This document shows, piece by piece, positions 10,295 through 20,728 of a stretch of 64,000 nucleotides of DNA (the first letter of the stretch is position 1; each line of letters starts with the position of its first letter). Source of the DNA: Obrimoposthia wandeli (taxonomy: Eukaryota); NCBI GenBank assembly GCA_977020255.1, contig CDROCS010000253.1, positions 2,294,001 through 2,358,000 on the forward strand. Reading direction: 5' to 3'. The notes beneath the pieces were generated by a model, which ran no database searches, was not told the DNA's origin, and saw only the letters and a program-made list of their open reading frames with translations. Made by a program: the position numbers and the translations under genes.

Positions 10295-11078
10295 CAATAA
10301 CTTGTCGGTGATATCGTTAGTTTCTATTGGTGAACATCCAACGTCACGTCGACCAAGGCGTGCTGAGCAAGATGCTAGAGCGATAGAGTTAGGTATTAAA
10401 CTCGTAGGCGATAACTTACAAACCTTGCACGCTGGAGAATTGTCTGACGATGCTAGCCAGCAAACGGCATTGCGAAGTTATCTAGGTATGGGGCTTGCGG
10501 AGATAAACCTATTAGAAATGCCAGAAAATTCAGACGCTGTTCTGGTTATTGCTGAGCATTTAAAGCAGAAAAATCCAGACATTATTTTGACTGGTGTACG
10601 TGCTGAAAATGGCGAGTCTTCGGGCATGTTGCCTTACTTATTGGCAGAGCAGCTTGGCATGGCCATGGTTACCTCGATTGCTGAGATTTTATCCGTAGAT
10701 GAAGTCAATAAACAAGCGGAAGTATTACAAGCTTTACCGCGTGGTCAGCGCCGTAAACTCAAAGTTGATTTACCCTTTATCGCGAGTGTCGACATGGCTG
10801 CTGCATTGCCAAGGCAAAGTGCTTTTGGCCCAGCGAGGCGTGGTCAATTTGAAGAGACATTGGGTGCTACCTTTACGGATCAAGAATCCTCAGAATGGCA
10901 AACAGCTGATGCTAAAAAACGTCCTAAACGCCTTAAGATAATCAAGGCGAAAACTGCAGCAGACCGCTTTAAAGCCGCTACGGCTAAAGCATCAGGTGGC
11001 GGTGGTAAAGTGGTACATGGCGTTGAAGAATCGGCACAAGCTATTCTAGATTTACTGGTGGAAGAGGGCTTGGTGTAA
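10287..11078 (+). CDS. etfB: Electron transfer flavoprotein beta subunit
   Basis: ATG 10287 overlaps the etfA stop and follows a GAAGGGG RBS; DIILTG...GESSG...QALPRGQRR motifs. Confidence 0.88.
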   Translation: MSNNNLSVISLVSIGEHPTSRRPRRAEQDARAIELGIKLVGDNLQTLHAGELSDDASQQTALRSYLGMGLAEINLLEMPENSDAVLVIAEHLKQKNPDIILTGVRAENGESSGMLPYLLAEQLGMAMVTSIAEILSVDEVNKQAEVLQALPRGQRRKLKVDLPFIASVDMAAALPRQSAFGPARRGQFEETLGATFTDQESSEWQTADAKKRPKRLKIIKAKTAADRFKAATAKASGGGGKVVHGVEESAQAILDLLVEEGLV

Positions 11079-11227
11079 TACATTTCTGATTTACATTACC
11101 GTATAAGGCAGTTGTTTTATGCGGTAATTTTCTATTTAAATACCTGTCGAAATCACTTTATGTTTTTCATTTCACTCCCCAAAAAATACTCAGGGCAAAT
11201 TTGCCAATATCAATGTAATAGGAATAA

Positions 11228-11385
11228 ATACCAGTTTCACTAAGTTTGTGAGCTTGTTGTGCGAAGGGGAAATATATCAAGGTAAGGCTCTCGATTGAGT
11301 AATAGCTAGCTATTGGGATTGAGAGGAACGCAGCCTTGGTGAATTTGAGCCAGCACAAGTGGGCAATAATTTAATAAAATTGGTA
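11228..11385. mobile_element. ATACCA-terminus miniature element
   Basis: ATACCAGTTTCACTAA...TTAATAAAATTGGTAT imperfect termini; internal AAGG...AATAGCTAGCTATT...AACGCAGC module. Confidence 0.65.
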
Positions 11386-11403
11386 TAAACTGGAGAATGC
11401 ATT

Positions 11404-12600
11404 TTGCGCGTTGCTGCTGTTTTTGGTTTGAATCAAATTGTTAGCCACGGATTTGGACTATTTTTATTTGCGGCTTTAGTGCCGCTAATGCGTGAGTCTA
11501 TTGCCATTACTAATTGGCATTTAGCCGCTATTGGTGCACTTACCCAATTGTCATACCTTGCGGGGGCATTATTACTCGGGTTTATTGGTAATAAAGTTTG
11601 TTCCGCACGACTGGTTTTAGTAACTGGTTCAATGACCACAGTATTGCTGTATAGCATGTCACAATTACAACATCCGTTAATGATTACTTTGGTACTGGTT
11701 GTGTTAGCCGCCAGTGCAGCTATTAGTTGGGGAGCGATTGTTGAAATTGTTGGGCGTCACTCTAAACCTGAAAGATGTTCCACTTATTTGTCTTTTGCTT
11801 CGAGTGGCACAGCATGGGGTTATGGGTTTAACGGTTTACTTATTTTACTGGTGGTGCCTACGCTGGGTTGGCAAAGTAGCTGGCAAATTGCGGCATTAGT
11901 TGGTTTGATCGTTGTTTCATTTACTTGGCGCTTATTAAGCAAATTGAACCGCAAACCATCAACTCATACCATCCCAGTACAAGCCATGATCCCAGCATCA
12001 AAGCTATTCTCTACCATTATCCGAGAACGTACCGCATTGTTTGCCTGCGTTGTGAGCTTATTGCTTGGGTTTTCCACTATGCCCTTTGCCAACTGGCTTA
12101 GTACCTACCTGAATGAATTACAATTACCCGCCACACTTGGCGGTTATACCTGGACTATTGCCGGAGTAACAGGCATGTTCGCCGGGGTTATTACAGGTTG
12201 GATTGCCGATCGCACCAGCCATGCTACGGCATTAATGATTATCTTTACCGGGTTTGCGCTCAGTTTAATGGCCTTTGTTTATGATCCTACTCAGTTTGCG
12301 GTTTTAGCTGGTTTTGGGTATGGACTAATGTATTTTCCTGTCTGGGGAATTTTGGCTGGTTGGATTCGGCAATCTTTCTCTTCTACTGCCACCATGCAAA
12401 TTTGCAGTATTTGCATGGTTACTTTTGGCTTAGGAGGCGCTTTGGGTAATCTGTTAGCTGGATATATTCGTGATGCTACTGGGTCATTAGCGCTTGTCTA
12501 TATCATAGTGACATTGACCGTAATATCGATGGTATTACTCACCTTAATAGTAATGCGGACAAGTCCAAGTAGTGATAGTAAGTTATCACTTACCGTATAG
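11404..12600 (+). CDS. MFS transporter (YbfB/YjiJ-like)
   Basis: About 12 hydrophobic helices; MFS loop motif GWIADRTS; GGAG RBS before the TTG start. Confidence 0.85.
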   Translation: MRVAAVFGLNQIVSHGFGLFLFAALVPLMRESIAITNWHLAAIGALTQLSYLAGALLLGFIGNKVCSARLVLVTGSMTTVLLYSMSQLQHPLMITLVLVVLAASAAISWGAIVEIVGRHSKPERCSTYLSFASSGTAWGYGFNGLLILLVVPTLGWQSSWQIAALVGLIVVSFTWRLLSKLNRKPSTHTIPVQAMIPASKLFSTIIRERTALFACVVSLLLGFSTMPFANWLSTYLNELQLPATLGGYTWTIAGVTGMFAGVITGWIADRTSHATALMIIFTGFALSLMAFVYDPTQFAVLAGFGYGLMYFPVWGILAGWIRQSFSSTATMQICSICMVTFGLGGALGNLLAGYIRDATGSLALVYIIVTLTVISMVLLTLIVMRTSPSSDSKLSLTV

Positions 12601-12658
12601 CGCTATTTTTAAAGGCTTCAGATACTTAAGGATAAGGATGAACGCTCTGAGCTAGTTA

Positions 12659-12731
12659 TATACCCATGTTACCTCAAATGCAGAATTCAGCTGGAACCCT
12701 GGAACTCGTATTTTGAAGTATCGTGGTTATA
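12659..12731. repeat. Short internally deleted ERIC-like element
   Basis: TATACCCATGTTACCTCAAATGCAGAATTCAGC...TTTTGAAGTATCGTGGTTATA. Confidence 0.55.
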
Positions 12732-13239
12732 GGTGCTCATCTTTAGGGGGAAGGTGAAGGTATATTCTCTAATTAATAATAGCTCTTATGCCATTCAACT
12801 GATGCCAAAATCCTTACTTATTATCCCACCATTTAAACCAACTCTGCACTATCGTCATTTTTTATCGCCATTTATTACTAAAGCTGACAGTAAATCACGC
12901 CAACTTTTATGAATATTACTCATAAAAACGCTCATAAATTAACTATTTTTAATTATTTTCAAATTAAATCCTCTCAAAATTTGGGTAACTTGCCTTGTCA
13001 TGGCACAGCGAAGTTTACCTTGATACTTCTTGAAATCGATTCAGGTTAAAAATAGTTAGTGAGTAGTCGTTATCTATAACTTAACTAATGCCGACATAAT
13101 TCTTGCCAATAACGTCGGTTTTTTTAATTCGATGTAATAATAAGCAGTTTTTTGTTCAGTTATGGATCAATAATTATGAGTTTTAATTAGTGTGCTAAGT
13201 AATTATTTGGTGGTAATCGTCTAATTTAAGTTCGTTAAT

Positions 13240-13253
13240 TTGATTTAAATCAA
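13240..13253. promoter_or_regulatory. FNR-consensus box upstream of betI
   Basis: TTGAT-TTAA-ATCAA is a perfect TTGAT-N4-ATCAA match. Confidence 0.45.
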
Positions 13254-13296
13254 TTTTTAATGGCAAAAAATATGATTTTAGAAGCTGAGTGTAAGC

Positions 13297-13325
13297 TTGA
13301 CAGTTCGTTTACTAAGTATTACTTT
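13297..13325 (+). promoter_or_regulatory. sigma70 promoter of the bet operon
   Basis: TTGACA-N17-TACTTT. Confidence 0.7.
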
Positions 13326-13330
13326 TGTTA

Positions 13331-13350
13331 TTGATTGAACGTTCAATTAA
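13331..13350. promoter_or_regulatory. BetI operator
   Basis: TTGATTGAACGTTCAATTAA matches the BetI palindrome TTAATTGAACGTTCAATTAA and overlaps the predicted +1. Confidence 0.9.
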
Positions 13351-13369
13351 AAACGAGAAGAGAGTTAAT

Positions 13370-13975
13370 ATGCCGAAATTAGGTATCAAACCGTTACGCA
13401 GGCAACAGCTTATTGATGCAACGTTAAGATCTATTTCTGAGCGTGGTTTGCAAAATACTACCATAGTGTCTATCAGCAAAATTGCTGGTATGTCGTCGGG
13501 TATTATCAGTCATTATTTTGGTGGGAAAAAAGAGTTAATAGAGGCGACTGTTAGTTATTTACTTGATCAATTACAGCAATCTCTTTTAGAGCGTATTACC
13601 CAAGAAAATCCACCCTCACAAATCAGGCTGCATTTAATTGTTGAAGCCAATTTTACCGAGTTTCAGCGTTCTATACTGGCAACCAAAACCTGGTTAAGTT
13701 TTTGGGCGATGTCGATGCATGACCCTGCAATGGCGCGATTACAATCTATCAATAGCAATCGTCTTCACAGTAATTTACTTTTCTCCTTTAAAGAGTTACT
13801 TGACCCGGAGTCTGCTGCCAACGCTGCCAAGCAAACGGCAGCGATGATTGATGGCTTTTGGCTTAGAAGTGCTTTGAGTGAAAATTCAGAACAAGAATTT
13901 ATAGCAGCTGAACTGCTCTGCAAAAAATTTATTAATGATGTTATTAAACAGGAGATATCGAATGCCTCTAATTAA
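13370..13975 (+). CDS. betI: Choline-responsive TetR repressor BetI
   Basis: [19 protein letters not shown]...[10 protein letters not shown]...IDGFWLR. Confidence 0.95.
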   Translation: MPKLGIKPLRRQQLIDATLRSISERGLQNTTIVSISKIAGMSSGIISHYFGGKKELIEATVSYLLDQLQQSLLERITQENPPSQIRLHLIVEANFTEFQRSILATKTWLSFWAMSMHDPAMARLQSINSNRLHSNLLFSFKELLDPESAANAAKQTAAMIDGFWLRSALSENSEQEFIAAELLCKKFINDVIKQEISNASN

Positions 13976-15425
13976 ATATAAAAACTATGTTGATGGTGCA
14001 TATACAAGCAATGGCACAGGGGAAACGTTTGATGTGACTAACCCTGCTACGGGTCAGGTAATTTATCAGGTAGAAATTGCTGATGAACTGATAAAAGAAA
14101 AAGCCATTGATAGCGCTAAGCGAGGATTTGCCGTGTGGTCTGCGATGAGCGCGACCGAGCGTAGTCGAATATTATTAAAAGCGGTCGACTTACTGCGTTC
14201 TCGTAATGATGAACTGGCAAAAATTGAAGTCTTGGATACGGGTAAGCCATGGCAAGAAGCCAGCGTAGTTGATGTGCAGTCTGGCGCAGATTCTATTGAG
14301 TTTTTTGCAGGTTTGGCTCCTGGTATTGAAGGTAATCAGCAACAAGTTGGCGCTGATTTTTATTACACACGCCGTGAGGCTTTAGGTGTTTGTGCCGGTA
14401 TTGGCGCATGGAATTACCCGTTGCAAATTGCTTGTTGGAAGGCTGCCCCAGCGCTTGCTTGTGGTAATGCAATGATATTTAAACCCTCAGAAGAAACACC
14501 GTTAGGGGCTTTGAAACTGGCAGAAATCTTTAGCGAAGCTGGTTTACCTGATGGAGTCTTTAACGTATTGCAGGGAGCGGGGGATGTCGGTTCGTGGTTA
14601 AGCCATCATCCAGATATTGCTAAAGTTTCTTTTACTGGTGAAGTAGGTACCGGGAAGAAAGTAATGGCGGGTGCCGCTACTACTTTAAAAGATATCACTA
14701 TGGAACTTGGAGGAAAATCACCGCTCATTATCTTTGATGATGCTGATGTTGATAATGCGGTATCAGCGGCGATGTTAGGTAACTTTTATACCCAAGGTGA
14801 AATTTGCACCAATGGCACGCGTGTTTTTGTGCAAAAAGAAATCTATCCAACCTTTATTCAAAAATTAGTAGAGCGCACTAAAAACAACATTATTATCGGT
14901 GATCCAATGGATGCTGATACTAACTTTGGTGCACTGATCTCAGCCAAGCATCAACGCTTAGTGCTCGATTATATCGACTTAGGCCTAAAAGAAGGCGCGA
15001 CATTGTTGCAAGGTGGCGCTGCGCTAAACCCAATCGGTTGTGACTCCGGCTATTTTGTCGAGCCCACCATATTCACCGATTGTAACGATACGATGAGCAT
15101 TTGCCGTGAAGAAATCTTTGGTCCGGTAATGTCGGTGTTGACCTTTGATGACGAAGACGAAGTGATCAAGCGTGCTAATGGGACTGAGTTTGGATTAGCT
15201 GCTGGGGTATTCACCCAAGACATCAGTCGTGCTCATCGGGTTATACATCAAATTCAAGCGGGTATTTGTTGGATCAATAGCTACGGACTTTCACCGGTCG
15301 AAATGCCTGTAGGCGGCTATAAACTATCGGGCATTGGCCGAGAAAATGGCCTGGCGACATTAAATCACTATACCCAAATTAAAGCGGTTTATGTTGGCTT
15401 AGAACCACTTGAAAGTCCTTTTTAA
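13962..15425 (+). CDS. betB: Betaine aldehyde dehydrogenase
   Basis: AGGAG RBS before ATG 13962; [23 protein letters not shown]. Confidence 0.96.
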   Translation: MPLIKYKNYVDGAYTSNGTGETFDVTNPATGQVIYQVEIADELIKEKAIDSAKRGFAVWSAMSATERSRILLKAVDLLRSRNDELAKIEVLDTGKPWQEASVVDVQSGADSIEFFAGLAPGIEGNQQQVGADFYYTRREALGVCAGIGAWNYPLQIACWKAAPALACGNAMIFKPSEETPLGALKLAEIFSEAGLPDGVFNVLQGAGDVGSWLSHHPDIAKVSFTGEVGTGKKVMAGAATTLKDITMELGGKSPLIIFDDADVDNAVSAAMLGNFYTQGEICTNGTRVFVQKEIYPTFIQKLVERTKNNIIIGDPMDADTNFGALISAKHQRLVLDYIDLGLKEGATLLQGGAALNPIGCDSGYFVEPTIFTDCNDTMSICREEIFGPVMSVLTFDDEDEVIKRANGTEFGLAAGVFTQDISRAHRVIHQIQAGICWINSYGLSPVEMPVGGYKLSGIGRENGLATLNHYTQIKAVYVGLEPLESPF

Positions 15426-15491
15426 AGTTGATTTTTTTAAACTTGGTCCTTTTTGAATTTAGTCCTTTTGAACTTACTTGGTAATAAAATA

Positions 15492-17177
15492 ATGAAAACA
15501 CATCAATATGATTACATTATTGTTGGGGCTGGATCTGCTGGCTGTGTATTGGCTAACCGTCTGTCTGAAGACGGCAACTCGAATGTACTGTTGTTAGAGA
15601 CAGGTGGCAGTGATAAAAGTATTTTTATCCAAATGCCGACAGCCTTATCCATTCCGATGAATAGCAGTAAATATGCTTGGCAATTTGAAACAGAGCCAGA
15701 GCCTTTCATTGATAATCGACGTATGCATTGTCCTAGAGGTAAGGTTTTGGGTGGTTCGTCGTCGATTAATGGCATGGTTTATGTTCGTGGACATGCTCGA
15801 GACTTCGATGAATGGCAGCAGTATGGTGCTGATAGTTGGGATTATGCCCATTGTTTACCTTACTTTAAAAAGGCCGAAACGTGGGCTTTTGGCGGCGATG
15901 AATATCGCGGAAATGAAGGACCTTTAGGCGTTAATAACGGCAATAAAATGGCTAATCCACTTTATAAAGCCTTTGTTGATGCGGGAGTTGATGCGGGTTA
16001 TTTTTCCACTGATGACTATAACGGTAGTCAACAAGAAGGCTTTGGTGCCATGCACATGACGGTTAAAAACGGCGTGCGCTGTTCGACAGCTAATGCCTAT
16101 TTACGTCCCGCTATGTCGCGTAAGAATTTAACCGTGATAACCCATGCTTTAGTACATAAGGTGTTGCTGGAAAATAAAACTGCCGTCGGTATTCGCTATG
16201 AACGCAAAGGGAAAACCCTCGATGTTAAGGTTAACAAAGAGGTTATTCTCTCTGCGGGTTCTATTGGCTCTCCGCACTTACTGCAACTCTCAGGCATAGG
16301 TGCAAAGAAAGTATTAACCGAAGCTGGCATTGAGACATTGCATGACTTACCCGGTGTAGGTCAGAACTTACAGGATCATTTGGAATTTTACTTTCAATTT
16401 AAATGCAATCAGCCAATCTCCTTGAATGGCAAATTAGGCTTATGGAACAAGTTTTTGATCGGCACACGCTGGATCTTAAATAAAGACGGTTTAGGTGCCA
16501 CTAACCATTTTGAATCTTGCGGCTTTATTCGTTCTAAAGCTAATGTTGAATGGCCTGATTTACAATATCACTTTTTACCTGCTGCAATGCGTTATGACGG
16601 TAAAGAAGCCTTTGCTGGTCATGGTTTTCAAGTCCATGTTGGCCATAACAAACCTAAAAGCCGTGGCAGTGTCAATGTTGTGTCTAGCGATCCTAATACA
16701 GCCCCTAAAATCAGTTTTAACTATCTTGAACATGAAGAAGATCGCGCTGGATTTAGAGCCTGCGTGCGTTTAACTCGAGAGATTATTCATCAACCTGCAC
16801 TGGATGAGTACCGCGGTGAAGAAATTCAACCAGGCGCTCATATTCAGACCGATGAAGAAATTGATGCCTTTGTACGTTCATCCGTAGAGAGCGCCTATCA
16901 TCCATCATGTTCATGCAAAATGGGTGTTGATGATTTGGCTGTGGTTGATCCGCAAACTAGAGTCAGAGGCATTAAAGGCTTGCGTGTTGTTGACTCATCG
17001 ATTTTCCCGACCATCCCCAATGGAAATTTAAATGCGCCAACGATCATGGTAGCGGAACGTGCTGCCGATATTATTCGCGGCTTGGATACGCTTGCCCCGT
17101 CGACTGCAAAAGTAGAAATCACACCAAACTGGCAAGCGCAGCAACGTCCTAAGGAGGCAACACGAAATATTAAATAA
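15492..17177 (+). CDS. betA: Choline dehydrogenase
   Basis: GMC oxidoreductase motifs [32 protein letters not shown]. Confidence 0.96.
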   Translation: MKTHQYDYIIVGAGSAGCVLANRLSEDGNSNVLLLETGGSDKSIFIQMPTALSIPMNSSKYAWQFETEPEPFIDNRRMHCPRGKVLGGSSSINGMVYVRGHARDFDEWQQYGADSWDYAHCLPYFKKAETWAFGGDEYRGNEGPLGVNNGNKMANPLYKAFVDAGVDAGYFSTDDYNGSQQEGFGAMHMTVKNGVRCSTANAYLRPAMSRKNLTVITHALVHKVLLENKTAVGIRYERKGKTLDVKVNKEVILSAGSIGSPHLLQLSGIGAKKVLTEAGIETLHDLPGVGQNLQDHLEFYFQFKCNQPISLNGKLGLWNKFLIGTRWILNKDGLGATNHFESCGFIRSKANVEWPDLQYHFLPAAMRYDGKEAFAGHGFQVHVGHNKPKSRGSVNVVSSDPNTAPKISFNYLEHEEDRAGFRACVRLTREIIHQPALDEYRGEEIQPGAHIQTDEEIDAFVRSSVESAYHPSCSCKMGVDDLAVVDPQTRVRGIKGLRVVDSSIFPTIPNGNLNAPTIMVAERAADIIRGLDTLAPSTAKVEITPNWQAQQRPKEATRNIK

Positions 17178-17232
17178 CTACCTGAAATATATTACAAAAC
17201 TTTAACATTAATTAAAATAAAAACTAAATATA

Positions 17233-17459
17233 GGGTCTGTTGAACTTTCGAGATTGTTTTTGCAGCTATTTGTTGGGTATTTATACAAGGCGATAACGCG
17301 GTAAAAATGACCAACAAACGCTGTCCGAAGGATTCGGCTAAAAGCATTTTACTCTTTGTTGAGTAGTATTTGCTTAGAGTGACTAGGCTACACACTACTC
17401 GCCGCGATTAAAATGCTTTTATCTCGAACAAAAGTTAACCGCGAAAGATCAACAGACCC
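17233..17459. mobile_element. 227-bp MITE with TA flanks inside the bet operon
   Basis: GGGTCTGTTGAACTTTCG...CGAAAGATCAACAGACCC (17/18 inverted match); TA on both sides. Confidence 0.85.
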
Positions 17460-17517
17460 TAGTTAAGGAGAAAAGTATGAATTATTTAAATCAGCAACAC
17501 AGTAGGGAGAAATTATC

Positions 17518-18735
17518 ATGACAGCTTGGTTATCGGCAGGATTAATATTCACCTTTGTTGCAATCGTATTTATTCTAATACGTTGGGGTAACGTAAAATG
17601 CATTGGGGTGACTCCGGTGCATACCTTTACTTTCATCGCCATTCTTTTCACCTCAGGTCTTGATGTGGGACTTATCATGTTTCCATTGACTGAGTTCGCA
17701 GGCTATGCCGATTTAGCGGCCAGTCCGGAATATGGCTTTACCAATCCACTCGCTATTGAGTTCGGATTCTGGGCCTTCCTTATTTGGGGCTTTTATTTCC
17801 TGACTTGTTTCTATTTTTGTGTGATAGAGCCACGCGTTAAGTTTTTTGAACTGCCATTAATAAAGTTTATTAATAACTTCGTGATTATTGGTACTTGTGC
17901 CTTTACCGCTTATTTATTGTTAACCAATTTACCTTGGTATATGCCGCAACTGGGCGATGGCGAAACGCTGGTCAGTAGCTTCTATTTAATCGTGTTTGCC
18001 GTGATCTGTGCCTCGGTTTATTCAAGCACTCACATTCGTTACGTGCGTATCTTAAGTTTGGCAACTACCTGGGCATTTTTAGGCTTAATTGTTGTTATGT
18101 GGGCTGGCGCATTCATGGGAGAAGGTTCAAATATTGGTGAATTTGTTTCAACCATAGGTCTACTTGGCGGTTATTTCGGAAACCTAGATAAATTTGTGCT
18201 GCCGCTTAATGACTATCATGAATTTTACCTTTACTGGTGGTTTGCTTGGAGCATTATGATCGGTCAGTTTACCTCGCGTTTCGTTGGCGGCTTGCGTACT
18301 TACCAAGTGTTGGCTGCGATGCTGGTTATTCCGTCACTACCCATAGCTGCTTGGTTTGCGGTGTTGTATTACTACAGCGTCAACAGCATTGATACCAGCG
18401 GATTTTATAACTTAGCGATGATTATCGTCGGCATCACTTTTGTTATTAACTCTCTTGATTCTCTGGTTCGTTTATATACCGACAACCTTGGTATGAGTGT
18501 AAAGAAACTAGGGACAGTAAAATATCTTGTCGGCAATATCGTTGTGCTGAGTTTGTTAACGTTATCGTTCAAGCTAGATTTCTTACAAATACAATGGGTT
18601 GGGGCTGTAGTTATCGGGCTGTTCTTTAGTTGTCTGGGCTATATCTTGGTCAAAAAATTCAAAGTAGTAAAAGCAATAGATGAATCGCCATCAGCAAATA
18701 TAGTCGACTTTCATAAGATTGATTTAGCCGATTAA
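17518..18735 (+). CDS. Short BCCT-family transporter (choline/betaine candidate)
   Basis: FIAILFTSGLDVGLIMFP (TM3-like) and YWWFAWSIMIGQFTSRF (TM8-like); 405 aa; follows betA. Confidence 0.82.
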   Translation: MTAWLSAGLIFTFVAIVFILIRWGNVKCIGVTPVHTFTFIAILFTSGLDVGLIMFPLTEFAGYADLAASPEYGFTNPLAIEFGFWAFLIWGFYFLTCFYFCVIEPRVKFFELPLIKFINNFVIIGTCAFTAYLLLTNLPWYMPQLGDGETLVSSFYLIVFAVICASVYSSTHIRYVRILSLATTWAFLGLIVVMWAGAFMGEGSNIGEFVSTIGLLGGYFGNLDKFVLPLNDYHEFYLYWWFAWSIMIGQFTSRFVGGLRTYQVLAAMLVIPSLPIAAWFAVLYYYSVNSIDTSGFYNLAMIIVGITFVINSLDSLVRLYTDNLGMSVKKLGTVKYLVGNIVVLSLLTLSFKLDFLQIQWVGAVVIGLFFSCLGYILVKKFKVVKAIDESPSANIVDFHKIDLAD

Positions 18736-18782
18736 TTTCAAAAATAAAATAAAAACTAAAATAATTATTACAGGAATTTACG

Positions 18783-19502
18783 ATGAATATAATGAATAAA
18801 AAAGTAATCTCATTAGCCGCTACTTGTTTATTAGCCGCTGGTAGTGCACATGCTGATGTCTCATCAACGGTAAATCTAACCTCGGATTACACCTTTAATG
18901 GGGTCAGTCAAACTGACAGTGATCCAGCTTTACAAGCAAGTCTAGATTATGCCGGCGATGGTGGTTTTTATGTAGGGACTTGGGCGAGTAATGTGGATTT
19001 CGGCGGCAGTGATGATACCAATATTGAATGGGATTTTTATGTTGGCAACTATTGGCAACTGAACGAAAAAATTGGCTTAGATGCCGGCGTAGCTTATTAC
19101 ACCTACCACGGTGATGATGGCTCAAGTGAGTATAAATACGGTGAAGCATATACCAAGTTTGGCTATAACTCATCTATGGGTGATACCGAGTTAAACTTTT
19201 GGTACGCCTGGGATTATTTTGGTACCGGTGCAGGTCATTATATTATGATGGCCGCCCACACTTTCACAGTAAGTGAAGGTCATAACGTCCGCGTAAGTAT
19301 CGATCGTTCAACGTCAGACGATGTGAGTAAGTGGGGTTGGGGTAATAACTTTGATGAGAAATCATATAACCATTACCGTATCGAATACATGACCAGCTTC
19401 AGTGGATTTGACTTTAACCTAGCGGCAGAAGATACCAGTATGGATTGGGAAACATCAGACAGTCGAGTGGTGTTATCAGTATCAAGAACGTTTGGTTTTT
19501 AA
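18783..19502 (+). CDS. TorF-family (TIGR02001-like) putative porin
   Basis: Signal peptide; NLTSDYTFNGVSQT..PALQ..LDY and YVGTWASNVDF motifs; C-terminal F. Confidence 0.85.
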   Translation: MNIMNKKVISLAATCLLAAGSAHADVSSTVNLTSDYTFNGVSQTDSDPALQASLDYAGDGGFYVGTWASNVDFGGSDDTNIEWDFYVGNYWQLNEKIGLDAGVAYYTYHGDDGSSEYKYGEAYTKFGYNSSMGDTELNFWYAWDYFGTGAGHYIMMAAHTFTVSEGHNVRVSIDRSTSDDVSKWGWGNNFDEKSYNHYRIEYMTSFSGFDFNLAAEDTSMDWETSDSRVVLSVSRTFGF

Positions 19503-19607
19503 ATTGCTTAGCTATATCAAGACTGATAATTTATTGACCCGTAAATTGTCAGGATAGATATTAGTAACTCCCTTTGATTTAGGCGAAGGGGGTTACCTTT
19601 TAGTCAC

Positions 19608-19639
19608 TTAGTTATTTAGTTATTTAGTTATTTAATTAA
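19608..19639 (+). repeat. 8-bp tandem repeat upstream of cosR
   Basis: (TTAGTTAT)x3 plus TTAATTAA. Confidence 0.8.
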
Positions 19640-19655
19640 TAGTTGGATTGATACA

Positions 19656-20093
19656 GTGGAAATATATGAGCAGCTTATATTGTCTTTACGACAAGTTAAT
19701 CGTGCAGTTGACTTGCACTCTAAACAATTAAACAAGAAGTTTGGCTTAACTGGTCCTCAGTTATTAGTCATAAAAAAAATAGTCGAATTAAAGGGACCCA
19801 TGGCAAAAATGGTAGCGGAACCTGTCAATCTAAGCCCTGCCACGGTAACCACCATTATTGATCGTTTGGAAGTAAACAAATTAGTGCAACGCAAGCGTAG
19901 TGATTATGATAAACGACGGGTAGAACTTTTTGTCACTGACAAAGGGGCAAGCTTGTTATTACAAGCGCCACAATTATTGCCAGCTTCTTTCATTACACAA
20001 TTTCAAAAGGTGGACTCATGGGAACAAAATCAATTACTTTCTTCAGTACAACGAATTGTCGCTATGATGGAATCAGAGTCTGATGCAACATAA
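19656..20093 (+). CDS. cosR: MarR regulator, CosR/EctR-like
   Basis: LRQVNRAVDLHSKQL...GLTGPQL...LSPATVTTIIDRLE...DKRRV...WEQ..LLSSVQRIVAMM matches the CosR/EctR pattern; adjacent to bet genes. Confidence 0.8.
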   Translation: MEIYEQLILSLRQVNRAVDLHSKQLNKKFGLTGPQLLVIKKIVELKGPMAKMVAEPVNLSPATVTTIIDRLEVNKLVQRKRSDYDKRRVELFVTDKGASLLLQAPQLLPASFITQFQKVDSWEQNQLLSSVQRIVAMMESESDAT

Positions 20094-20170
20094 AGTACAT
20101 TAATTAAGTTACGTGCCTATGCACATGGCTCAGGGACGTCATCCCCGTGGTGGCTTTAGTCGGGGTTCCT

Positions 20171-20367
20171 GTTTCTAAACCAGCCCCTTGGGGAAGGCTG
20201 AGAAAATCATACTCGGTGTTACATTTCTTTTTAAGGACGCTACATGGATGGTGTTCTTAGAGAATGCAGGAGCACATTCTCCTGAATGATCCTTAATAAA
20301 AAAATGCGCCTTGATTATGAATCGCTCAGACTTCCTGAAACGAGCATCTTCAAGTGGAGCGGGTATA
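20171..20367 (-). mobile_element. Truncated copy of the 47382 ERIC-like element
   Basis: Reverse complement aligns closely with 47382-47580 and ends in GCATCTTCAAGTGGAGCGGGTATA. Confidence 0.85.
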
Positions 20368-20489
20368 TACTAATGGTAACTTATCCTACTATGGCGGCTA
20401 ACTCTTTATTAGCAGCAGTATCTGGCCTTAGGTGTGTTCATATCAATAATAGTTTGTTATTTTAACGTAATATAACATAGGATTGACTT

Positions 20490-20684
20490 ATACCAATCGG
20501 ACTAAGCTTATTATAGCGAGAAGAGAATGGTTATTCAGCTCATTCTCTAAGAACACCATAATCCTCAAAATCAATAACGCCGCCTGTATGCCTTTTAAAC
20601 TCGTCCTTTGGAAGCTCATTAGCAAAAAACATGAATGAAACAGGGTTTTAGAAAAGCTGACCAATAAATTAATCCGTTTGGTAT
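20490..20684. mobile_element. ATACCAA-terminus miniature element
   Basis: ATACCAATCGGACTAA...TTAATCCGTTTGGTAT termini; core CAAAATCAATAACGC..C.TGTA.GCCTTTTAAACTCG shared with 33117. Confidence 0.8.
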
Positions 20685-20728
20685 TAATAAGTTATGAGCG
20701 AGCAAAGCTCTCTAATACACAAAAATGA

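Noticed and set aside
11167-11358. 63-aa ORF
   Set aside because: Lies mostly within a miniature repeat element
12740-13000. Possible pseudogene fragments on the minus strand
   Set aside because: Short broken frames with no recognisable family
15415-15475. Three GTCCTTTT(T)RAA copies after betB
   Set aside because: Short degenerate duplication of the gene end with no evident function
1749-16773. Antisense or nested ORFs of 60-125 aa (e.g. 1749-2126, 6646-6963, 8681-9019, 15512-15775)
   Set aside because: Shadows of well-supported genes; no motifs
17192-17395. 67-aa ORF
   Set aside because: Lies mostly within the MITE
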